Shown here: in pieces, positions 26,804-34,036 of the stretch
Layout: the number at the start of each line of letters is the position of its first letter
Position numbering within the stretch: the first letter of the stretch is position 1
Virus record (IMG/VR): IMGVR_UViG_3300020044_005029
Location: 1 to 34,036 of that record
DNA from: a virus
Lineage: Duplodnaviria; Caudoviricetes
Length of the DNA stretch: 34,036 bases
Reading direction: 5' to 3' (one strand)
Program-made: the position numbers and the translations under genes
The notes under the pieces: generated by a model
Told to the model about the DNA's origin: nothing
What the model saw: the letters and a program-made list of their open reading frames with translations, nothing else
The model's database searches: none

Positions 26804-27771
26804 GTTTAAAAAAGTTTATCAAATCCAAGTTTGACTACGATGTTCAAGACTTGAGCCCATACGTGGATGATTCACGTGAGGATCTTATCGTGCGTTCAGT
26901 AACTGAGGCACAAACATTACAGTATATTACGATTCAGGAAGGAATCAAAGGTACTGAGGACCTTAAATTGTTAGATGATTCCATCGTGTACCAAGAGGCT
27001 AACTGTTCGATGACTCCGGAAGGTGACACAGTTTTCTCTGATCGTCAATTGAGCGTTAATGCAATTGGGTACATGAAAAGATTTTGTCAGAAAGATCTTG
27101 CTGGTCTTTGGACACAGTTGGCTCTTCGTCCAGGTGCAATGGCTGAGGACAAAGAACTTCCTTTCGAGGCACAGCTTACTGATTATTTGTTGAAGCTACA
27201 TGCACGTGAATTGGATAACCTTATTTGGAAAGGTGATGTTGCAACAGGTTCAGGCAACCTACAATGGATGAACGGGTTCCGTCAATTCCTTACAACAGCA
27301 AACGGTGCTGTGAATTTGAACACCTCAAATACTACAGCAATCAATGCATCCAATGCGTTTGATGTGTTCTATGAGTGTTTCATCAACACACCTGCACAAG
27401 TTGCTGAGCAAGCTGATTTGATTTGTTTCGCTGGTCGTGAGAATTTCAACTACCTATTAAAGAATTTGGTTGATCAGAATTTCTACCATTACTCTCCTGA
27501 GACTATTGCCAACCTTAATGAGTGTTTGATTCCAGGCACCAACATGCGAGTGGTAAAAGTGAACGGATTGAATGGCTTGGATAACATCTACACAGGACGT
27601 TCATCTCACTTCTTCTTTGGAACTGACTTATCTTCTGACTTTGAGTCTTATGATTTGTGGTATTCATTTGATGATGATGTAATTTACATCCGTTCTAAAT
27701 TCCGTGCTGGTGTTCAGGTTCCTTTCCTTGATGAAATCGGGGTATGGAATGGTACAGGATCTCCTAACTAA
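26800..27771 (+). CDS. Major capsid protein
   Basis: 323 aa after the scaffold; LIWKGD...MNGF segment typical of HK97-fold capsids. Confidence 0.8.
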   Translation: MSLKKFIKSKFDYDVQDLSPYVDDSREDLIVRSVTEAQTLQYITIQEGIKGTEDLKLLDDSIVYQEANCSMTPEGDTVFSDRQLSVNAIGYMKRFCQKDLAGLWTQLALRPGAMAEDKELPFEAQLTDYLLKLHARELDNLIWKGDVATGSGNLQWMNGFRQFLTTANGAVNLNTSNTTAINASNAFDVFYECFINTPAQVAEQADLICFAGRENFNYLLKNLVDQNFYHYSPETIANLNECLIPGTNMRVVKVNGLNGLDNIYTGRSSHFFFGTDLSSDFESYDLWYSFDDDVIYIRSKFRAGVQVPFLDEIGVWNGTGSPN

Positions 27772-27800
27772 TTGTTAAACGTAAACTAAAAAGATAAGAG

Positions 27801-28331
27801 ATGGCATGTAATATGACAACAGGGTACAATGACCGTACCTGTACAAACGGAAAAGGTGGTATATTGAGCGTGTTGTTGTTCCCTGTTGGGAACATCAGCG
27901 CATCCTCAATCACTACCAATGAGATCACATCTATGACTGTGACCGGTGAGGTATTTCTTTACAAATTGAAGAGCAACCTTTCCAGCTACACTGCACCAAT
28001 CAAAGTGAACAAAGAGAATGGTACACTTTGGTATGAGCACAGCCTTTCAATGATCCTTGCATCTGATACCAAAGAACTACGTTCTGAGATTCACATGCTT
28101 GCTCAGAATGAGGTTTGCTGTTTAGTGGAGAAAGCCAATGGCACATGGGTAGCATTAGGCTTGAATGAGGGCTTACAGGTGGCTGATGCCAACGAATATA
28201 CCTCAGGAGTTCTTAAGTCTGACCGCCAAGGGCACGTTATTGTGTTGAATGGTATGGAAAATGATGAGGTTCCTGATGTAGCTGATGGTGTAATCACCAC
28301 GTTGTTAACGCAACAATCACCTGCGATTTAA
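27801..28331 (+). CDS. Putative major tail (tube) protein
   Basis: MAC...C...GGI start, ENGTLWYE; in the same unit as the capsid gene, ahead of a terminator. Confidence 0.6.
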   Translation: MACNMTTGYNDRTCTNGKGGILSVLLFPVGNISASSITTNEITSMTVTGEVFLYKLKSNLSSYTAPIKVNKENGTLWYEHSLSMILASDTKELRSEIHMLAQNEVCCLVEKANGTWVALGLNEGLQVADANEYTSGVLKSDRQGHVIVLNGMENDEVPDVADGVITTLLTQQSPAI

Positions 28332-28350
28332 GATTACTCATAAAATCTAA

Positions 28351-28380
28351 AGAGGGGAGGGCAATGTCCCTCCCTTTTTT
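28351..28380 (+). terminator. Intrinsic terminator after the capsid/tail tube genes
   Basis: Stem GGGAGGG/CCCTCCC, loop CAATGT, T6. Confidence 0.85.
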
Positions 28381-28393
28381 GTAAATTAGAGCC

Positions 28394-28648
28394 ATGAAAC
28401 ATTTGAAAATCAAAAAGGAGTGCATAGGTTCAAAGGTCAAAGGTGGCATATTGAACAGATGGTATATAATTGAGGAGGGGAATGAGCAGCTTTATTGGGA
28501 GCTTGGATTAATTAATATTTTTGAAACCAATGAGCCTGCAATTGTTAAAGTGAAAAAGGATGCTAAGGATAGAAAGAAACCAGCAGAGCACGTTGATAGT
28601 GACCGTATCGGAACTAACAACGATATCAGCCCCGTATTACCTCTTTGA
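28394..28648 (+). CDS. Hypothetical protein
   Basis: ORF after the terminator; overlaps the next gene. Confidence 0.5.
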   Translation: MKHLKIKKECIGSKVKGGILNRWYIIEEGNEQLYWELGLINIFETNEPAIVKVKKDAKDRKKPAEHVDSDRIGTNNDISPVLPL

Positions 28649-28928
28649 ATTCATTGAGGAGCAAACACAAGAGGCTTTGTACTGCATCCTGACAAACATC
28701 AGCACGGGCATCCCAAGATATGATGAGTTTGTTTTGATTGATGGGGTGGATGTAACATTCCCGTATGCCGGTTTCTACACATACAAGATATACCAACAGG
28801 CCAGCTCTTCCAATTTAGATCCGGCATTGAGTGATGGAATAGTTGAGGAGGGCCGTGCCCATGTATTTGAGGTGGATAGTCCATCCAATTATTATGATTA
28901 TAACGTGACAAATTTTGTCTATGAGTAA
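28560..28928 (+). CDS. Hypothetical structural protein (possible head closure)
   Basis: PYYLFEF...RYDEF...GFYTYKIYQQ; directly before the portal gene. Confidence 0.6.
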   Translation: MLRIERNQQSTLIVTVSELTTISAPYYLFEFIEEQTQEALYCILTNISTGIPRYDEFVLIDGVDVTFPYAGFYTYKIYQQASSSNLDPALSDGIVEEGRAHVFEVDSPSNYYDYNVTNFVYE

Positions 28929-30930
28929 AGTATTAAATGTCCAATTCAGTAAGTCATTCACCGTGCCCACGGAGGAGTTGGATAAAAGCCAGGGCTTTGT
29001 GAAATGGGGAAAAAAAAATGACTATCCTTTTTTCTTGATTGATCTCCTCCATGGTTCTGCCTGGCATCAAGGAATTATAAAAAACAAAAGCTACTATATT
29101 TCAGGTGGTGGTATTGAGACTGTCTCAGGTAATGCTGAGGCGTTTCTGAACAATGAATACCGTGACTTCGATATGAATGAGGTGGTGCAGCGCATGACCT
29201 TTGACTTTGAGGTGTTTGGTGCTATGTGTGTAAAGGGCACATGGAACAGAGAGGGCACAAGAGTGGTGGCATGGGAGCATTTGGATGTGGATGCCTGTAG
29301 GCTTTCAGAGGATGAGCGCACATTGTTTGTATCAGATGATTGGAATGCAAGGAGGCAGAGTGCTGAGGATACAAATTTTCGCACCTATCCTGCCCTGGAT
29401 GAAGACAATCCTGGTGGGTCATTCTTCATATATTACAAGGAGCCAAGCAAACAAGCTAAAGGTGAGAAAGGAATTTATCCAAAGCCTCCATATGTGGGTG
29501 GAATTACAGCAATACAGACCGATTGCGACATATCAAAATTCCACATGTTTGAGATTGCCAATGGATTCAAAGCAGGTACCTTAATAAATCTGCCCGGAGG
29601 ATTCCCTGAGACAGCTGAGGAAGAGCGCAAGATTCGTGAGCAAATCAAAGGACCTGTGCAATCTGTTGAATCAGCCGGTGAAATTATCATCACATTTAGT
29701 CAGACAAAGGATGATGCGCCAAGCATTATGCAGCTGTCCGGCAATGACCTTGATAAGAGGTATGAGATGACTGAGAAAGCGGTGCAGCAGAACATCCTTG
29801 TGGCTCATTCCATCACAGCACCAACATTGTTTGGAATCATTCAACAGGGATCATTCAATGCAGCTGAATCAGGTGATTTGTTTGAGATATTTAAAGTGAC
29901 TTATGTATCATCTCGGCAGAAACAAATTGAATGGCTGTTAAATTACATGTGTTCCTTGAGTGGCAGCACAGCAATCCTCAAGCTGCAGGATGTATCTCCA
30001 TTGGGTGTGATGAAAGATGCCTCTGCAGATGCACCTGCTGCAGCTGTGGAAGCTGATCCATTGGCAGCCGGTGAGATTGATGTTGCTAAAACAGCATTGA
30101 ACGGTGCACAAATTGCATCAATTATTGATGTGGTGGCAGCCATTAAGGAGGGAGTATTAACACCTGAGGCTGCACTACAGGTATTATTGGCATCATTCCC
30201 AACGATTGCAGAGGCACAGGCACGTGAGATTGTGGGATTGCAGTCCGGTGATATGTCATTCTGCAACCACAAACAGATGTTTAGTGATCAAAGCATTGAA
30301 TTGTTTGAGCAACATGGTGCACCACGTGAGCAGTTTGAGATCATAAAGAGCGTACCAATTGAATGGGATACACCTGCAGAGGAGGTGTTCAGTCGGGAGG
30401 CACAGCTGTTTGATGAGATTGGGCAGATATTGGTGCAGCTTACCGATCAGGAAAAGGCTGTGTTAACATTGTTACAGGAGGATGATGAAGAGGCAGGGTC
30501 AATTGCCAAGGCATTGGGTGAGCCATTGCAGGTGATTGTTCAGATCATTGATAAATTGGTAATCTTGGGCCTGTATGAAAAGCCTTCACTTGATGCCGAT
30601 GGTGTGCGAACAGGTGGTTCTGTGACATCAACCGGTGGCGAGATAGTGAATAGGATACCAACAGCTGAGCAACCACCGTATGAGATACGTTACACATATG
30701 AGACTCGCAAGGATGTACCTCCTGTAAAAACCAAAAGCAGAAACTTTTGCCTGGCATTGTTGCGATTGGATAGGCTTTACACAAGGGAAGAGCTTGGAAT
30801 CATCAGCGCACAGGAGGGCAGAGATGTGTGGAGGTACAGAGGTGGGTACTATACAAACCCGGATACAGGCAAAACAACACCGTGGTGCCGTCACATTTGG
30901 ATGCAGAACTTAGTAAAACGTAAGCCATGA
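28921..30930 (+). CDS. Portal protein with extra C-terminal domains
   Basis: WGKKNDYPFFL...SAWHQGII...YPKPPY...NGFKAG...ILVAH portal core; ATG at 28921 preferred over TTG at 28915. Confidence 0.8.
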   Translation: MSKVLNVQFSKSFTVPTEELDKSQGFVKWGKKNDYPFFLIDLLHGSAWHQGIIKNKSYYISGGGIETVSGNAEAFLNNEYRDFDMNEVVQRMTFDFEVFGAMCVKGTWNREGTRVVAWEHLDVDACRLSEDERTLFVSDDWNARRQSAEDTNFRTYPALDEDNPGGSFFIYYKEPSKQAKGEKGIYPKPPYVGGITAIQTDCDISKFHMFEIANGFKAGTLINLPGGFPETAEEERKIREQIKGPVQSVESAGEIIITFSQTKDDAPSIMQLSGNDLDKRYEMTEKAVQQNILVAHSITAPTLFGIIQQGSFNAAESGDLFEIFKVTYVSSRQKQIEWLLNYMCSLSGSTAILKLQDVSPLGVMKDASADAPAAAVEADPLAAGEIDVAKTALNGAQIASIIDVVAAIKEGVLTPEAALQVLLASFPTIAEAQAREIVGLQSGDMSFCNHKQMFSDQSIELFEQHGAPREQFEIIKSVPIEWDTPAEEVFSREAQLFDEIGQILVQLTDQEKAVLTLLQEDDEEAGSIAKALGEPLQVIVQIIDKLVILGLYEKPSLDADGVRTGGSVTSTGGEIVNRIPTAEQPPYEIRYTYETRKDVPPVKTKSRNFCLALLRLDRLYTREELGIISAQEGRDVWRYRGGYYTNPDTGKTTPWCRHIWMQNLVKRKP

Positions 30931-31436
30931 ACTACCTAATATCAGCGGAAAACATCCGCAAGCTGGGGTTGATACATCCCAATACAGATACAAAGCTGCT
31001 CACTGTTGTGATTAAGCGGTCGCAGGATATGCACATCCAGCCAGCATTGGGCACACCGCTTTACAAGGCATTGCTTGTGAGGGTTGAAACCAATGATTGG
31101 AGCAATCAGGATTATGTGACATTGATGAATGACTACGTGATTCCATGCTTAGTGGCCTTTGTTGATTACAGGAGTGCTACATTGCTGAATGAAAAGATAA
31201 CCAACAAGTCAGTGGGCAGGCAGAGTGATGATACTATGAATGCCAATGATGACAGCCAAAGCCGGGTTATGCGTGACCAGCTGCGCAAGGATGCATATTT
31301 CTATAAGGAAAGGCTGATTGGTTACCTCAAAGATGATGCTGGCATGCTGTTCCCTGAATATGTACAGAGCCCATGTGATCATGAGGCCGTGAGAAAAGAC
31401 CATACAGGATATAAACCATTCGGATGGATAGTATGA
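30927..31436 (+). CDS. Head-tail adaptor / connector protein
   Basis: SQDMHIQPALGTPLY...YVIPCLV...FPEY; follows the portal gene. Confidence 0.6.
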   Translation: MNYLISAENIRKLGLIHPNTDTKLLTVVIKRSQDMHIQPALGTPLYKALLVRVETNDWSNQDYVTLMNDYVIPCLVAFVDYRSATLLNEKITNKSVGRQSDDTMNANDDSQSRVMRDQLRKDAYFYKERLIGYLKDDAGMLFPEYVQSPCDHEAVRKDHTGYKPFGWIV

Positions 31437-31555
31437 AGTTTAAGGTAAGCCAAAAACAAATTGACAAATTAAAGCAATATCTCAATGATAAGAACACTAA
31501 ACCAGGTAATGCGAGAGCTCAGCGAGATAGCAAGCGCACACCGGCAAATAAATGA
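31433..31555 (+). CDS. Short basic peptide (40 aa)
   Basis: MKFKVSQKQIDKLKQYL...; ATGA-coupled to the adaptor and bridges the gap to 31485. Confidence 0.35.
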   Translation: MKFKVSQKQIDKLKQYLNDKNTKPGNARAQRDSKRTPANK

Positions 31556-32069
31556 GTTTTTTCAAGGGGATTTTCTAGATGCAATCAGCAGAGATGCTGC
31601 GCAATATCCATTAATGGTGGTAACATTGGCACCGGGTAATGTCAATGATGTGAGTGTTGATGTGAATGCAACCATTACCATATGCGATAAGTACAACCAT
31701 TCAGAGTACAGGCAGATTAATGAGGTACATTCTGACTGCTTGAGCATTGTGAATGACATCAACACCACATTCAGGCAGTATAGGTGGACTGAATTTGTTG
31801 ATATAACAGATGATATAATCATTGAGCCGTTCATAAATGAGGGTCAGGACATGGTTGCAGGGTGGACTATGCAGGTAAACTTTGAGGTATACAATGAATT
31901 GAATTGGTGCGATATCCCATATGATAATTATGATTTCGAGAATGGTCCTGCAGCACCTACAGCTTGCGGGGATCTATACACCACATACAATATTTACGTA
32001 AATGGTGTACTGATTGACACGTTCAGCCAAAACACAACAGAGAATAACACTATTAATATCACTTTCTAA
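31485..32069 (+). CDS. Putative tail terminator protein
   Basis: YPLM...EPF...VAGW; head-tail joining context. Confidence 0.55.
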   Translation: MIRTLNQVMRELSEIASAHRQINEFFQGDFLDAISRDAAQYPLMVVTLAPGNVNDVSVDVNATITICDKYNHSEYRQINEVHSDCLSIVNDINTTFRQYRWTEFVDITDDIIIEPFINEGQDMVAGWTMQVNFEVYNELNWCDIPYDNYDFENGPAAPTACGDLYTTYNIYVNGVLIDTFSQNTTENNTINITF

Positions 32070-33133
32070 TGGCAGTTACAAACATAAACATCCCAAGTCA
32101 GGTACAAACCTATGCGGATTTAGCAGCATTTCCTGTGACCGGTGCAGCCAATACCATCTACATAGCTGAGGATACACAAATCAGTTACTATTGGGATGGC
32201 ACATATCAGCCAATGGGTGGCGGTGGTGGGTCACAAGACCTGCAATCAGTTACTGATTATGGCAACACTACAACCAATGATATCAACCTGGACAATTCAT
32301 CTGTGATATTTGACAATGGGTCAAAGTTAACTAAGGGATGGATTGACAATGGAGCGGATGGAGGTATTGCAAGAGAGTGCGCGGTAAGTTACCAAGACGA
32401 ATGGGAGAATGGTGTGCAGTATTTTATCAATCAAAGTGGGTACATTGTATGGGCAAATTCCATAAATGGCTCTGTGCCTGATCCTAACTTTGATATCACA
32501 ATGGGATACATTGTAGGCAGCATATTTCATGACATGAATAATCAGGACAAATACAAATGTACTGATAACACAGATGGTGCTGCGGTATGGGTTCCATTCT
32601 ATGAGGATGCACAGCCACAAACCAATACCGGTATTTTTGCACAGACAGCCAACAGTCCAACATTGACTGCATCCACATCTGAGGCTACATTGATTGATGG
32701 AGGAGAGGGCACTCTATCTGTTCCTGCCAATGGCTTTGCTGTGGGTGATTCATTTCAGGTTAGCATGGGAGGATTAATATCTGCCAAGAACAATGATACT
32801 ATTACCATCCGATTGAAAACAGGCAGCGTGGTGTTAGCCACAAGTGGAGCATTAACTATGCCCGGTATTGTTGATCAAGTCTTTTATCTCAATGCACATT
32901 TCACGGTGCGATCAATTGGAGCTGCTGGTGTGGCATCAATTGTAGCTGTGGCACAATTCCATGTACTTAAAGCAGCCTCAGGAACACAGGAGGGCTTTGC
33001 TTGGAACACGGTGAACAGCACTACATTTGACACAACCATCTCCAATACATTGGATATCACAGCTCAATTTAGCACCAACAGTGCATTGAATAGCATATAC
33101 AGTGATATCTTTGTACTTAATAAAATATTCTAA
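32069..33133 (+). CDS. Fibre-like mosaic structural protein
   Basis: LAAFPVTG...IYIAEDT module, Gly linker, QDLQSVTD..NTTTN module, beta-rich C-terminus. Confidence 0.65.
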   Translation: MAVTNINIPSQVQTYADLAAFPVTGAANTIYIAEDTQISYYWDGTYQPMGGGGGSQDLQSVTDYGNTTTNDINLDNSSVIFDNGSKLTKGWIDNGADGGIARECAVSYQDEWENGVQYFINQSGYIVWANSINGSVPDPNFDITMGYIVGSIFHDMNNQDKYKCTDNTDGAAVWVPFYEDAQPQTNTGIFAQTANSPTLTASTSEATLIDGGEGTLSVPANGFAVGDSFQVSMGGLISAKNNDTITIRLKTGSVVLATSGALTMPGIVDQVFYLNAHFTVRSIGAAGVASIVAVAQFHVLKAASGTQEGFAWNTVNSTTFDTTISNTLDITAQFSTNSALNSIYSDIFVLNKIF

Positions 33134-34036
33134 TGTACAACGTATTTGATGCGCTTTGGTCAGCCATAACAGGCAAACAGGATAGCCTGGTATCAGGCAC
33201 CAATATTAAAACAATCAATGGTGTTTCTGTTTTAGGTTCGGGTGACTTGCCTATCTCGGGAGGTGGTGGTGTATCGGATGGAGATAAGGGTGATATCACA
33301 GTAAGCGGTTCTGGCACTATATGGACCATTGACAATCTAGCTGTTAATGATGCCAAGATAAATGATGTGGCAGCTACCAAAGTAAGTGAGGATAGCACAC
33401 ACCGCTTTGCAACAGATGCAGAAAAAACCACATGGAACGGTAAGGCGGATTTGGTTGGCGGTAAGGTGCCAAGCTCACAGATACCATCAATAGCAATCAC
33501 AGAATTTTTGGGCACGGTAGCCAATCAGGCTGCTATGCTTGCCTTAACAGGTGAGCAGGGAGATTGGTGCATCCGTTCTGATGAGCAAAGTGGGTATGTG
33601 TTGATAGGTAACACACCTACATCATTGGCTGATTGGCAGAAAATAGTCACACCAGCAAGCCCTGTAAGTAGCGTGAATGGTCAAGTTGGTACTGTAGTGC
33701 TAGGCAAGTCTGATGTAGGATTGAGCAATGTTGATAATACAAGCGATGCCAACAAGCCTGTGAGTACATTGCAAGCAGCAGCAATAGCTTTAAAACAGGA
33801 TACGTTAATTAGTGGTACCAACATTAAAACGATTGGAGGTATTTCAATTTTAGGCCCGGGAAACCTGCCAATTCCTGACCCAGCTGGATGGACTACGATT
33901 GTAAAGAGTGCGAATCAAGATGTTACTAATACTACAACCTTTCAAGATGACACAGAGTTACAATTTAGTGTTGTGGCTGGAGGACATTACATGGTTGAAA
34001 TGAATTTATGTTGGTCTGGTAATAACGCAACTGGAG
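33133..34036 (+). CDS. Tail fibre / receptor-binding protein, 5' part; continues across the join to 417 (about 399 aa in total)
   Basis: ATG at 33133 overlaps the previous stop, and the frame is open to the window end and in frame with 1-417. It has fibre-type modules: KQDSLVSGTNIKTING and KQDTLISGTNIKTIGG, DGDKGDITVSGSG, VSSVNGQVGTVVLGKSDVGLSNVDNTSDANKPVST. Confidence 0.85.
   Translation, partial: MYNVFDALWSAITGKQDSLVSGTNIKTINGVSVLGSGDLPISGGGGVSDGDKGDITVSGSGTIWTIDNLAVNDAKINDVAATKVSEDSTHRFATDAEKTTWNGKADLVGGKVPSSQIPSIAITEFLGTVANQAAMLALTGEQGDWCIRSDEQSGYVLIGNTPTSLADWQKIVTPASPVSSVNGQVGTVVLGKSDVGLSNVDNTSDANKPVSTLQAAAIALKQDTLISGTNIKTIGGISILGPGNLPIPDPAGWTTIVKSANQDVTNTTTFQDDTELQFSVVAGGHYMVEMNLCWSGNNATG
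33916..34036. repeat. Terminal direct repeat, copy 2
   Basis: Identical to 1-121 (caagatgttactaat...aactggag). Confidence 0.95.

Noticed and set aside
33916-34036. 121-bp terminal repeat as a biological DTR or att site
   Set aside because: It falls mid-gene with an intact frame, which fits an assembler overlap on a circular or permuted genome.

Overview
The window is an apparently complete, circularly assembled tailed dsDNA phage genome of about 33,915 bp. Bases 33916-34036 exactly repeat bases 1-121, and a tail-fibre ORF reads through the join. The host is probably Bacteroidota, from TTTG-N19-20-TAnn(T/A)TTG promoters and A-rich gene leaders. Gene order on the + strand: lysis cassette; small early genes; a DnaA domain IV-like HTH gene; an iteron-type origin; primase-helicase, VRR-NUC nuclease, DNA methyltransferase, ERF, exonuclease, HNH, RlpA and SSB; a small sigma-like regulator; a GT-B / methyltransferase / GT2 cluster; terminase; tail genes with a -1 frameshifted chaperone; tape measure. 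A single minus-strand Stealth-like phosphoglycosyltransferase gene follows, then protease(+HAD), scaffold, capsid, tail tube, a multidomain portal, adaptors and fibres. I recognised no integrase, DNA polymerase, tRNA, CRISPR array or reverse transcriptase. The strongest unexplained signals are four. (1) A compact bipartite motif, TAGAACA-N6-CATAA, sits exactly in front of four late operons and could be read by the phage's own sigma-like protein. (2) A dispersed glycan-synthesis toolkit (GT-B, MTase, GT2, Stealth, protease-fused HAD) could modify the virion. (3) A 3'-UTR segment is antisense to early-gene start codons. (4) A 12-copy GTGTGTAA iteron origin is flanked by two candidate DNA-binding initiators. 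Protein calls come from motifs read by eye, with no database search.
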